This document shows, one piece after another, positions 19,643 through 28,455 of a stretch of DNA of 64,000 nucleotides (positions are counted from its first letter, which is position 1; each line of letters opens with the position of its first letter). The position numbers and the translations under genes are program-made. This stretch comes from Candidatus Eiseniibacteriota bacterium (GTDB taxonomy: Bacteria; Eisenbacteria; RBG-16-71-46), in contig JBGAOA010000007.1 in assembly GCA_044222065.1 (NCBI GenBank), forward strand, positions 21,889 to 85,888. Reading direction: 5' to 3'. Under the pieces are notes generated by a model, which did no database searches, was not told the DNA's origin, and was given only the letters and a program-made list of their open reading frames with translations.

Positions 19643-19822
19643 GGGAACGGCAGCGAGCCTCGCAAACCTCGCTCACGCCCCCGAAGGGACGCGGCGAGCC
19701 ACAGGTCGGACCCAGAATGCTCTTTCGGGCCTTCCGAAAGCGGGCAAGGGGGCATCGGAAGCGAGCGCTTCGGGACTTGAGAAGTACGGTGGAGTGGATC
19801 CCGAAACCGATTCGAGCGGCGA

Positions 19823-19852
19823 AGAATAGGCAGCCCCTCCCCGGGGTGTCAA
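19823..19852 (-). promoter_or_regulatory. Sigma70-type promoter of the pilus operon
   Basis: TTGACA-N18-TATTCT on the minus strand, about 180 bp upstream of pilT. Confidence 0.65.
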
Positions 19853-20198
19853 CGATCACGCATCGAGCGCGCCACGAGCCTCGACGAGTTCGGCGCGAAG
19901 CGCGCGATCGCGCTCGAACTCCGCGCAAAGCGCACGATCCGAGCGCTCGTTCGTCGTGGTCTCGCATCTTCTCGCGCGCCGCAAGTGCGGCGATTCGAAC
20001 TCCGATCGACCGGCTCGCGACTGGCCGCACCGGACGCGAACGTTGCACTCGCGGCTTGTACGGATTGCACGATTCAACGTCCTTCCGCCTCGCGCCTCGC
20101 CGGACCCGCGTCGACCGTGCGGCATCCGCCCCCGAATTCCCCACATTTCCGGCACATCTGCGCCGAATGCCCCGCCCGGCTGCGCGAGGCGACCCGCA

Positions 20199-20214
20199 GG
20201 GCACGTTTCTCGCT
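20199..20214 (+). promoter_or_regulatory. Sigma54-like (-24/-12) promoter of the FN3/PorV operon
   Basis: GGGCACGTTTCTCGCT: GG-N10-GC with CACG, close to TGGCACG-N4-TTGCW. Confidence 0.5.
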
Positions 20215-20392
20215 GAACGGCCGCGCGGTTCGCCGGCGCGGGGGACGCCCCGGCGGCCATTGCGGTGCACACAGGACGTCCGGGTACCTCCTCTCCCGGC
20301 GCCGCCCTCTGACTCCTTCGCTCGACTCAAGCGGTGTCCGGTCGTCGTACGTGCAGGGATGCCACGCACGGCGCCGGCTGGGGGATAGCCGG

Positions 20393-21205
20393 ATGAACCT
20401 GCTTCGCTCCACGCTCACGCTCACGGCCCTCGGACTCGTGCTCATGGTCTCCTCGGTGCAGGCGCAGTCCACCTGGAACAGCGTCACCGTGCGCTGGACC
20501 ACGCCGGGTGACGACAGTCTCGCGGGCACGGCCTCGGAGTTCGACCTGCGCTACTCGACTTCGCCGATCACGATCGCGAACTTCGCCTCGGCGACCCGAT
20601 TCCTCGCCACGCCCACGCCCGCGACCCCGGGGACGCAGCAGTCCGTGGTCGTGACGGGGCTCCAGCCGAGCACGACCTACTATTTCGCGATCAAGACCGG
20701 CGACGACGTCCCGAACTGGTCGGGGCTCTCGAACGTCGTCTCGAAGACGACGACCGCGGCGCCCGACGACGTGCGTCCGGCGGCGATCGCGAACGTCGCG
20801 ATCACGGCGCTCACCGACTCGTCCGCCGCGCTCGCGTGGACGGCGACCGGCGACGACAGCCTGACGGGCACGGCGACGACCTACGACGTCCGCTACTCGA
20901 CGGCGCCCATCACGCTCGCGAACTGGGCGGCCGCGTCGCAGGCGACCGGTGAACCGGCGCCGGCGGTCTCGGGCACCGCGCAGTCGTTCACGGTGCGCGG
21001 TCTCGCGCGCCAGACCACCTACTACTTCGCGATCCGGGTCGCGGACGAGGGCGGCAATCCGTCGGCGCTCTCGAACGTTCCGAGCGGCACCACGACCGAT
21101 ACGCTCGCCCCGGCCGCCATCCGCGACCTGGCCGCGAGCTTCGTGTGGTTCGGCTCGACCCTGAGCGCGGTGCTGCCGCGGCAGCCGGAGCCTTCGTCCC
21201 GATGA
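20393..21205 (+). CDS. Secreted protein with two fibronectin type III domains
   Basis: Signal peptide (VQA|QS); two WTxxGDDSLxGTAxxxDxRYST..GL...TTYYFAI repeats. Confidence 0.85.
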   Translation: MNLLRSTLTLTALGLVLMVSSVQAQSTWNSVTVRWTTPGDDSLAGTASEFDLRYSTSPITIANFASATRFLATPTPATPGTQQSVVVTGLQPSTTYYFAIKTGDDVPNWSGLSNVVSKTTTAAPDDVRPAAIANVAITALTDSSAALAWTATGDDSLTGTATTYDVRYSTAPITLANWAAASQATGEPAPAVSGTAQSFTVRGLARQTTYYFAIRVADEGGNPSALSNVPSGTTTDTLAPAAIRDLAASFVWFGSTLSAVLPRQPEPSSR

Positions 21206-22215
21206 TCTTCTTCACGACGCCGAGACGCCCGCGCACGGGCCGGCCCGCGTGGCGGCGATACTTCGCCGGCATCGTCGCGGTGCTGCTCGCGCTGCTCGCG
21301 CCGGCGCTCGTGAACGCGCAGACGCCGACCGACAGCCTGACGCTGACGTGGACCGCCACGGGCGACGACTCGACGATCGGCACGGCGACGCTCTACGACA
21401 TGAAGTACTCGACCTCGCCTATCACGCTCGCGAACTGGAGCTCGGCGCCGAGCGTGCCCGGCATGCCGGCGCCGCTGCCGTCCGGCACGCGCCAGACCGT
21501 GAGGCTGCGCGGCCTGTCGCGCGACACGACCTACTACGTCGCGATCCGCACCCGCGACGACGCGAGCAACTGGTCCGCGCTCTCGAACGTCGTGCGCTGG
21601 GACTGGACGCTCGACACGGCGCCGCCGTCGGCGCCGACCGGCGTCGCGGCCGCGAACGAAGGCGACAACGTGCGCGTGACGTGGAACGCGAACGCGGAGG
21701 CCGACCTCGCGGGTTACTTCGTGTACCGCGCGACCGCCGCGGGCGGACCGTTCACGAAGCTCACGCCGTCGCTTCTCACCGGCACGACGCAGTACCTCGA
21801 CACGAACGTCCCGTCGGGCGCCGCGTCCGTGTGGTACCGCGTGACCGCGCGCGACCTCAACCTGAACGAGAGCGCGCAGAGCGCCGCGGCGCAGGCGGTC
21901 GTGGGCGGCACGAACGGCGTCGTCGCCGACTGGACGCTCTCGCCCGGCTATCCGAACCCGAGCCGCATCGGTCAGCCCGTGTGCTTGCCCATGGTCATCC
22001 CGGCGAGCGGCGCGGGCGAGGCGGTCGTGGACATCCTGAACGTCGCGGGCTCGCGCGTGCGGAGGCTCTACGTCGGCTCCGCGCCGAGCTGCCTCGGCGG
22101 CATCGAGTGGGACGGCCGCAACGACGCAGGCGCCGACGTCGCCCCCGGCGTGTACCGCGCGTGGCTGATCGTGGGCGGCCAGCGCAACGTCATCAAGCTG
22201 GTGCGCCAGCCGTGA
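21202..22215 (+). CDS. Secreted FN3 protein with C-terminal FlgD-Ig/T9SS-like domain
   Basis: Signal peptide, two FN3-like domains, then YPNP..ILNVAGSRVRRL..WDGRNDAGADVAPGVY. Confidence 0.85.
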   Translation: MIFFTTPRRPRTGRPAWRRYFAGIVAVLLALLAPALVNAQTPTDSLTLTWTATGDDSTIGTATLYDMKYSTSPITLANWSSAPSVPGMPAPLPSGTRQTVRLRGLSRDTTYYVAIRTRDDASNWSALSNVVRWDWTLDTAPPSAPTGVAAANEGDNVRVTWNANAEADLAGYFVYRATAAGGPFTKLTPSLLTGTTQYLDTNVPSGAASVWYRVTARDLNLNESAQSAAAQAVVGGTNGVVADWTLSPGYPNPSRIGQPVCLPMVIPASGAGEAVVDILNVAGSRVRRLYVGSAPSCLGGIEWDGRNDAGADVAPGVYRAWLIVGGQRNVIKLVRQP

Positions 22216-22229
22216 GGAAGGAACCGCGC

Positions 22230-23918
22230 ATGAGACTCCGGATCGCACCGTTCAGCCTTGTCCTCGCGCTCACGCTCGCGCCCGCCACGGCGCTCGCCGG
22301 CATCGAGCAGGCGGGCACGACGGCCGCGAACTTCCTCAGCGTCGGCTCGAGCCCGGCGACGCTCGCGATGGGCGGCGCGGGACTCGCGCGCACGGGCGAG
22401 CTCGGACTCACGACGTGGAACGCGGCGACGCTCGCGTGGATCGGCGAGACCCGCTACACGTTCTCGCACGCGTCGCTCACCGAGCAGAGTTCGCAGGAGT
22501 GGGCGGCTGCGGCCGGCCGCATGGGCCAGGGTCCGTGGCGCTGGGCGATGACCGGCCTCTACCAGGGCGACGGATCGTTCGATGGCCGCGACGCGCTCGG
22601 CAATCCGACCGGCAGCTTCAACGTTTCGAGCATGGCGATCGGCGGCACGGTCGCGCGCAGCTTCAACGGGCTGTCGGGCGTCGGCGTCGGCTTCAAGTAC
22701 GTGAGCGAGAACCTCGGCGGAGTCACGGGCTCGGGGATCGCGATGGACGCGGGCTTCACTTACGCCGCCGGCCCCGTCAGCCTCGGTGCCGCCGCGCAGA
22801 ATGCGTTCGGCAACATGTCCTACTCCGGCGCGAAGTACTCGATGCCTTCGAACTACGGCGCGGGCGTCGCGCTGAACGTCCCGGCGAGCGGCGTCACGCT
22901 CGCGCTCGACGCGAACTTCCCGAAGGCCTACTACAACGACGTGCGCTTCGGCGCGGAGTGGCGCTACCGCGAGGCGATCGCGCTGCGCGGCGGCTACCGC
23001 ATGGAACTCGGCGCGGGCGACGGCGAGCCGCTCTCGGGCCCGACGTTCGGCCTCGGCGCCGGCGCGAACGGATTCTGGTTCGACTACGGCTTCATCGTCG
23101 GCGGCGGCGGCGCGAGCGGACAGCACCGCCTCGGCCTGACGTTCCGTCCCGGCGTGCTCAATCCGGGCGCGACCTCGGTCGCCGCACCCGGCTCGGGCTA
23201 CTCGACGGGATCGTCGAAGCCGCGCCTCGCGGACTCCGAGTCGCCGCGCGTCGAGAAGTCGCCGAAGCCTGCGAAGCCCGCGAAGCCGGCGAAGGTCGTG
23301 GCGCCGAAACCCGAGCCCGTCGCGAGCGCCGAGCCCGTGAAGCCGGCGAAGCCCGCGAAGGCCGAGAAGCGCGCGGTGAGCGTCGGCGACGATTCGCCCG
23401 TGCTCACGGACACGCCGCAGGCCGTGAAGATCGAGCCGACGAAGCCGGCCGAGCCGGCGTCCGACACCGAGGCCGCGGTCGTGTCGTCTCCGAAGACGAA
23501 GGCGCCGAAGGCCGAGAAGGTGAAGACGCCGAAGCCCGAGAAGGTGAAGGTCGAGAAGCCGAAGAAGACCAAGACCCAGCCCGACGCTCCGCTCGCCCCG
23601 CTCACCGTGATCGCGCCCGAAGGCGGCGCGGTCGCGATGGCTGCGCCGAGCGAGCCGGCCGAAGCCGCGGCGCCGAAGGCGGCCGAGCCGGTGCGCGTCG
23701 AGGCTCCGAAGCCCGCGAAGACCGAGGCGCCGGCGCCGGTGGTCGCGAAGCCCGCGTCGCGCCCCGACAAGGTGAAGGTCGGCGCGGACGAGTCGCTCTC
23801 CGACATCGCGAAGCGCTGGGACACGAGCGTCGCCGCGATCATGATGGAGAACAACCTCGTCAGCGACCGCGTGAAGCCGGGTCAGACGCTCAAGCTGCCG
23901 CCGCCTTCGAAGAAGTGA
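22230..23918 (+). CDS. PorV/PorQ-family beta-barrel fused to a Pro/Lys/Ala linker and a C-terminal LysM
   Basis: AGTTAANFLSVG..AMGGA hallmark, GAEW..ALRGGY..GPTFGLG..DYG..HRLGLTF, about 200 aa low-complexity linker, then ESLSDIAKRWDTSVAAIMMENNL..VKPGQTLKLP. Confidence 0.82.
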   Translation: MRLRIAPFSLVLALTLAPATALAGIEQAGTTAANFLSVGSSPATLAMGGAGLARTGELGLTTWNAATLAWIGETRYTFSHASLTEQSSQEWAAAAGRMGQGPWRWAMTGLYQGDGSFDGRDALGNPTGSFNVSSMAIGGTVARSFNGLSGVGVGFKYVSENLGGVTGSGIAMDAGFTYAAGPVSLGAAAQNAFGNMSYSGAKYSMPSNYGAGVALNVPASGVTLALDANFPKAYYNDVRFGAEWRYREAIALRGGYRMELGAGDGEPLSGPTFGLGAGANGFWFDYGFIVGGGGASGQHRLGLTFRPGVLNPGATSVAAPGSGYSTGSSKPRLADSESPRVEKSPKPAKPAKPAKVVAPKPEPVASAEPVKPAKPAKAEKRAVSVGDDSPVLTDTPQAVKIEPTKPAEPASDTEAAVVSSPKTKAPKAEKVKTPKPEKVKVEKPKKTKTQPDAPLAPLTVIAPEGGAVAMAAPSEPAEAAAPKAAEPVRVEAPKPAKTEAPAPVVAKPASRPDKVKVGADESLSDIAKRWDTSVAAIMMENNLVSDRVKPGQTLKLPPPSKK

Positions 23919-23937
23919 GCGCGCATCGCGCGCGAAC

Positions 23938-23973
23938 CGCGCCCGGCGAGGGATCGCCGGGCGCGTTCGTTTT
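23938..23973 (+). terminator. Intrinsic terminator
   Basis: 12 bp stem CGCGCCCGGCGA-GGGA-TCGCCGGGCGCG followed by TTCGTTTT, between convergent genes. Confidence 0.75.
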
Positions 23974-23978
23974 GCGCC

Positions 23979-24323
23979 TCACTCGCGCGCGGGGCCCGGC
24001 GAGTACTTGAGGACTTCGACGCGCTCGAGCGTGACGAGCCCGTCGCCGATCATCTCGTCGCACACGGGCAGGAACGCGCGGATGCGGTCCTCGCGGTCCA
24101 CGATCTCGACGACGAGCGGCAGGTCCTCCGAGAGCCTCAGCACCTTCGCGGAGTGGAGCCGGCTCTTCGCGCCGAATCCAAGCACGCCGCGCGTCACGGT
24201 CGCGCCCGCGAGCCCGCGCTCGCGCGCTTCGGCCACGAGCGCTTCGTAGAGCGGCCGGCCGCGCCAGCGGTCGGCCTCGCCGATGAACACGCGCAGCAGC
24301 AGTCCGTGACCTTCGAGCTTCAA
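23979..24323 (-). CDS. DUF190 (PII-like) protein
   Basis: LLRVFIGE, GLAGATVTRG..GFG, LSEDLP; next to crcB. Confidence 0.9.
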   Translation of the reverse strand: MKLEGHGLLLRVFIGEADRWRGRPLYEALVAEARERGLAGATVTRGVLGFGAKSRLHSAKVLRLSEDLPLVVEIVDREDRIRAFLPVCDEMIGDGLVTLERVEVLKYSPGPARE

Positions 24324-24342
24324 GGGGCACCTCCGGCGCGGC

Positions 24343-24717
24343 TCAGAGTCTCACGGCCGCGGCGTAGCCCGCGAACGCGGCCAGTACGCCGACCCCGAGC
24401 GAGCCGAGCGCATAGCCGGCCGCGGCCGTCCACTGGCCGTCCCTGAGCAGCGCGAGCGCCTCGTACGAGAACGCCGAGAACGTCGTGAAGCCGCCGAGCA
24501 CGCCGACGATCGCGAACAGCCGGAACGGGGGAGGGACGAGCGCGCGCTCGAGCGCGAGCGCGCCGAGGAATCCGATCGCGAGCGAGCCCGCGGCGTTCAC
24601 GGCGAACGTCCCCCACGGGAACGCCCCGCCCGCGGCGCGCTGCACGAGCCCCGAGAGCCACCAGCGCAACAGGCTGCCGATCGCGCCACCGCCCGCGACC
24701 AGCAGCACGTCCCTCAC
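24343..24717 (-). CDS. crcB: Fluoride channel Fluc/CrcB
   Basis: GGAIGSLLRW, FPWGTFAVN, GVLGGFTTFSAF; GTGA overlap with E1-alpha. Confidence 0.95.
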   Translation of the reverse strand: MRDVLLVAGGGAIGSLLRWWLSGLVQRAAGGAFPWGTFAVNAAGSLAIGFLGALALERALVPPPFRLFAIVGVLGGFTTFSAFSYEALALLRDGQWTAAAGYALGSLGVGVLAAFAGYAAAVRL

Positions 24718-25826
24718 AGCGGGAAGGCCCCGTCGAACTTCGTGCCTTCGCCCATCGCGATCGCGTGTCGCATCTGTTCGGCGAGGTGCGGCGGCACTTC
24801 GTGGTAGACGTTCGTGAACAGGCTCTCGATCGCGGGCGGCGGCAGCGCTTCGGCCTCCTGGATAGCGCTCGAGATCTCGGCGTTCAGCTCTTCGGTCCAG
24901 CGCGACTCGTCGTCGGCCGTGAGCCGGCCCTCGCGCGTGAGATAGGCGCGCACGCGATGGAGCGGATCGCGCTTCTCCCACGTTTCGACGAGCCCCGCGT
25001 CGCGGTAGCGCGTCGGGTCGTCACTCGAGGAGTGGCCGCCCATGCGGAACGTCACCGACTCGATGAACGTCGGCCCGCCGCCCGCGCGCGCCCGCTCGAC
25101 GGCCTCGCGCATCGCCGCGATCACCGCGAACAGGTCGTTGCCGTCCACGCGCACGCCGGGCATTCCGTACGCGACGGCCTTGATCGCGATGCTGCTCGAG
25201 CGCGTCTGCTTCGAGAGCGGCACCGAGATCGCCCACTGGTTGTTCTGGCAGAAGAACACGACCGGCGCCTCGTACACGGCCGCGAAGTTCAGCGCCGCGT
25301 GGAAGTCGCCCGTGGACGTGCCGCCGTCGCCGATGTAGCCGACCATCACCGTCCGCTCCTTGCGGAGCTTCGCGGCCCACGCCGCGCCGACGGCCTGCGG
25401 GAGCTGCGTCGCGATGACGCTCGACCACGCGACCGAGTTCACCTTGCGGTCGCTGAAGTGCATCGGCATCTGACGCCCGCCGAGCACGTCGCCGCTGTTG
25501 CCGATGAGCTGGCAGACGATTTCCCGGATCGTCGTGCCGCGCCACAGGCACACGCCCGTCTCGCGCAGCGCGTGAAAAATCCAGTCGCCCGGCTCGAGCG
25601 GATAGGCCGATCCCGTCACCGACGCCTCCTGCCCGGTCGCCATGCCGTAGAAGCCGATCCGGCCCTGGCGCTGGAGAGACAGCATGCGCTGGTCGAGCGT
25701 GCGCATCTTCAAGAGGTGGCGGAACAGCCGGCGCTGGTCCTCGGCCGGAACGTCGGGCATCGCCCCGACGACGTTGCCGTCGGGATCGAGCACCTGCCGC
25801 AGCGTTTCGTCCACGAGCGCGTTCAT
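24714..25826 (-). CDS. pdhA: 2-oxoacid dehydrogenase E1 alpha (pyruvate or branched-chain)
   Basis: LQRQGRIGFY, GRQMPMH, TPP motif GDGGTS..NN, GHSSSDDPTRY. Substrate not resolved. Confidence 0.88.
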   Translation of the reverse strand: MNALVDETLRQVLDPDGNVVGAMPDVPAEDQRRLFRHLLKMRTLDQRMLSLQRQGRIGFYGMATGQEASVTGSAYPLEPGDWIFHALRETGVCLWRGTTIREIVCQLIGNSGDVLGGRQMPMHFSDRKVNSVAWSSVIATQLPQAVGAAWAAKLRKERTVMVGYIGDGGTSTGDFHAALNFAAVYEAPVVFFCQNNQWAISVPLSKQTRSSSIAIKAVAYGMPGVRVDGNDLFAVIAAMREAVERARAGGGPTFIESVTFRMGGHSSSDDPTRYRDAGLVETWEKRDPLHRVRAYLTREGRLTADDESRWTEELNAEISSAIQEAEALPPPAIESLFTNVYHEVPPHLAEQMRHAIAMGEGTKFDGAFPL

Positions 25827-27016
25827 GCGAGGTCTCCTTCCTTGAGCCACGACAGGTCCTGGAGCCGCGCGACGAGCGCGTACAGGAACGCGGCGCCGAT
25901 CGCGCCGTCCACGACGCGGTGGTCGAGCGACAGCGACAGGTTGCCGAGCTCGCGGATCGCGATCTGGTCGTTCACGACCGCGGGCCGCTTCTTGACCTCG
26001 TGCACGCCGAGGATCGCGACCTGCGGGTGGTGGAGGATCGGCGTCGCGAGCACGCCGCCCTGCGCCCCGGTGCTCGTCACGGTGAACGTCGCGCCCTGCA
26101 GTTCCTCGAGCTTGAGCTTGTGGTCGCGCGCCGCGAGCGCGAGCCGGTCGAGTTCGCGCGCGAGTTCGAACAGCGGCTTCCGACCGGCGTCGTGGATCAC
26201 GGGCACCGTGAGGCCGTCGAGCGTGTTCGTCGCGACGCCGAGGTGGAACGCGCTCTTGAGCACGATCTCGTGCGTGGCGTCGTCGAGACTCGCGTTCAGG
26301 TACGGGTGCTGGCGGAGCGGCTCGGCGAGCGCTTTCGCGACGTAGGGGAGGAACGTGAGCTTCGCTCCCGCCGCTTCGGCGCGCGCCTTGAGGCCCGCGC
26401 GGTGCCGCACGACCTCGCTCCAGTCGCACTCGGCGACGAACGTGAACTGCGCCGCGGTCTGGAGCGAGTGCCGCATGTGCTCGGCGATCTTGCGGCGCAG
26501 CCCGCGCAGCGGCACGCGCGTCTCGCCTTCCGCCGCCGCCGCTTGTCCGGCGGGCCGCGCCGAAGAAGCGGCCGCGCGCTTCACGTCGTCGGCGGTGATC
26601 GCGCCGCCCGGGCCCGAGCCGGCGACGCCCACGAGCGCGACGCCGAGCTCCTTCGCGCGCGCGCGCACGGCGGGCGTCGCCTGCACGCGCGCGCTCGCGG
26701 GCGCGGCGGCCGGGGCCGCGGTCACCGTCGTCGCGGCCGCGTGCGAGGCGCCGGCCGGCGCCGCCACGGGCGTACCGCCCGCGACCTCGATCGAGACGAT
26801 CACCTGGCCGACGGGGACGATCTCGCCCGCCTCGGCGCACAGCGCCGCGATCGTGCCGGTGCGCGGCGAGGGGATCTCGACCGTGGCCTTGTCGGTCATC
26901 ACCTCGACGAGAGGCTGATCTTCCTTCACCGCGTCGCCGGCCTTCACGAGCCAGCGCACGATCTCGCCTTCGGCGACGCCTTCACCGATGTCGGGCAGCT
27001 TCACGTCGTAGGTCAT
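25823..27016 (-). CDS. pdhC: Dihydrolipoamide acyltransferase E2
   Basis: Lipoyl domain MTDKAT, E3-binding TPAVR..GSGPGG, catalytic DHRVVDG. Confidence 0.9.
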   Translation of the reverse strand: MTYDVKLPDIGEGVAEGEIVRWLVKAGDAVKEDQPLVEVMTDKATVEIPSPRTGTIAALCAEAGEIVPVGQVIVSIEVAGGTPVAAPAGASHAAATTVTAAPAAAPASARVQATPAVRARAKELGVALVGVAGSGPGGAITADDVKRAAASSARPAGQAAAAEGETRVPLRGLRRKIAEHMRHSLQTAAQFTFVAECDWSEVVRHRAGLKARAEAAGAKLTFLPYVAKALAEPLRQHPYLNASLDDATHEIVLKSAFHLGVATNTLDGLTVPVIHDAGRKPLFELARELDRLALAARDHKLKLEELQGATFTVTSTGAQGGVLATPILHHPQVAILGVHEVKKRPAVVNDQIAIRELGNLSLSLDHRVVDGAIGAAFLYALVARLQDLSWLKEGDLA

Positions 27017-27028
27017 CGCGTCCTCGTT

Positions 27029-27331
27029 CTAGTCCACGAAGTCGAAGCGTCCGACTTCCGATTCGCTCTGCCACAGCCGCGCGCCGCGCTCGGACAGCTC
27101 GGCGTAGCGCTGCGCGTGGGCGTGCTTGAACTGCTCGTAGGTCGTCTCGCTCGTCCAGCGGTCGGCGATCAGGTAGCGGCCCGGCACGCGCAGGTCCTTC
27201 ATGAGCGTCACGCTCACGAACCCGGGCGCCTCGTGGAACAGCTGCACCCACGGGCCGTCGGGCCGGTAGAACGACTCGAAGTCTTCGACGCGTTCCGGCT
27301 TCGCGCGGTACTCCCACACGATCACGAGCAT
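27029..27331 (-). CDS. ABM-fold (antibiotic biosynthesis monooxygenase-like) protein
   Basis: 100 aa; FESFYRPDGPWVQLF..APGF..DRW pattern. Confidence 0.7.
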   Translation of the reverse strand: MLVIVWEYRAKPERVEDFESFYRPDGPWVQLFHEAPGFVSVTLMKDLRVPGRYLIADRWTSETTYEQFKHAHAQRYAELSERGARLWQSESEVGRFDFVD

Positions 27332-27337
27332 GGGGCC

Positions 27338-28312
27338 TCAGTACTGGAGCACGTGCTCGATCGCGCGCATCACGCGCGGCGCATCGGGCAGGTAGGAGTG
27401 TTCGAGCGTGTACGGGAACGGCGTGTCGTATCCGGTCACGCGCAGCACCGGCGCCTGAAGCGAGGTGAGCGCCTGTTCGGCGACGAGCGCCGCGAGTTCC
27501 GCGCCGTAGCCGCACGTGCGCGGCGCCTCGTGCAGGATCACGACGCGGCCGGTCTTGCGCACGCTCGCGAGCATCGTCTCGGTGTCGAGCGGCAGCAGCG
27601 TGCGCAGGTCCACGACTTCGACCGACGCGCCCGCCGCCGCGGCCTTCTCGGCCGCCTCGACCGCGACCGGCACCATCGCGCCGTACGCGAGCACCGTGAC
27701 CTGCTCGCCGGCGCGCGCGATCCGCGCGCGGCCGAGCGGCACGTGCGTGCGTCCCTCGGGCACGTCCTCCTTCACGCTTCGATAGAGGCGCTTCGGCTCG
27801 AGGAAGATCGTCGGGTCCTCGCTCGCGAGTGCGGCGAGCAGCAGGCCCTTCGCGTCGGCGGGCGTGGACGGGATCACGACCTGCAGTCCGCTCGTGTGGC
27901 AGAAGAAGGCCTCGGGGCTCTGCGAGTGGTAGAGCCCGCCGCGGATGCCGCCGCCGTAGGGCGCGCGCACGACGACGGGGCAGGCGTACTGGCCGGCGGA
28001 GCGCCACCGCATCTTCGCGAGTTCCGAGACGATCTGGTCGAACGCCGGGTAGATGAAATCGACGAACTGGATCTCGGCGATCGGCTTCATGCCGTTCAGC
28101 GCGAGACCGATCGCGGCGCCGACGATTCCGTTCTCGGCGAGCGGCGTATCCGCGACCCGCTCCTCGCCGAACTCGGCGGCCAGGCCCTCGGTGACGCGGA
28201 ACACGCCGCCGTTCCGGCCCACGTCCTCGCCGAGCACCATCACGCGCGGGTCCTCGCGGAGCGAGACGCGGAGCGCGTCGGTGATCGCCTGCACCATCGT
28301 CATCTGGGGCAT
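27338..28312 (-). CDS. pdhB: 2-oxoacid dehydrogenase E1 beta
   Basis: GEDVG..GGVFRVT, DTPLAE, EIQF, YHSQSPE, FLEPKRLYR; GGAG RBS. Confidence 0.9.
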   Translation of the reverse strand: MPQMTMVQAITDALRVSLREDPRVMVLGEDVGRNGGVFRVTEGLAAEFGEERVADTPLAENGIVGAAIGLALNGMKPIAEIQFVDFIYPAFDQIVSELAKMRWRSAGQYACPVVVRAPYGGGIRGGLYHSQSPEAFFCHTSGLQVVIPSTPADAKGLLLAALASEDPTIFLEPKRLYRSVKEDVPEGRTHVPLGRARIARAGEQVTVLAYGAMVPVAVEAAEKAAAAGASVEVVDLRTLLPLDTETMLASVRKTGRVVILHEAPRTCGYGAELAALVAEQALTSLQAPVLRVTGYDTPFPYTLEHSYLPDAPRVMRAIEHVLQY

Positions 28313-28455
28313 CGGGGGCTCTCCGTGTTGGGAAAGGACGCGGCAGCCTAGCCCAACCCGAGCGCGCTCGGCGAGCCGATTCGGGGCACGGCGCGCGGGC
28401 TCGCGCTGCGCGGCCGTCGCGACGTCGTCGCGCGTGCCCGGTCCACTCCTTAGCT

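Noticed and set aside
19660..19710. GCAAACC..GGGACGC..AGCCACAGGTC resembling a c-di-GMP-I riboswitch
   Set aside because: It is on the + strand, antisense to the pilT leader; the GCAAAG core is altered and P2 is incomplete. The hairpin fits the minus strand better.
19880..20005. Imperfect repeats and TTCGAACTCC resembling a tRNA T-arm
   Set aside because: No cloverleaf or acceptor stem can be built, and there is no regular spacing.
23147..23765. Repeated AAGCC(G/C)GCG units
   Set aside because: Coding for the KPA-rich linker, not a CRISPR or DNA repeat element.
24714..24800. Fluoride riboswitch before crcB
   Set aside because: crcB overlaps the E1-alpha stop and I found no GGCGATGG..CGCC aptamer core.
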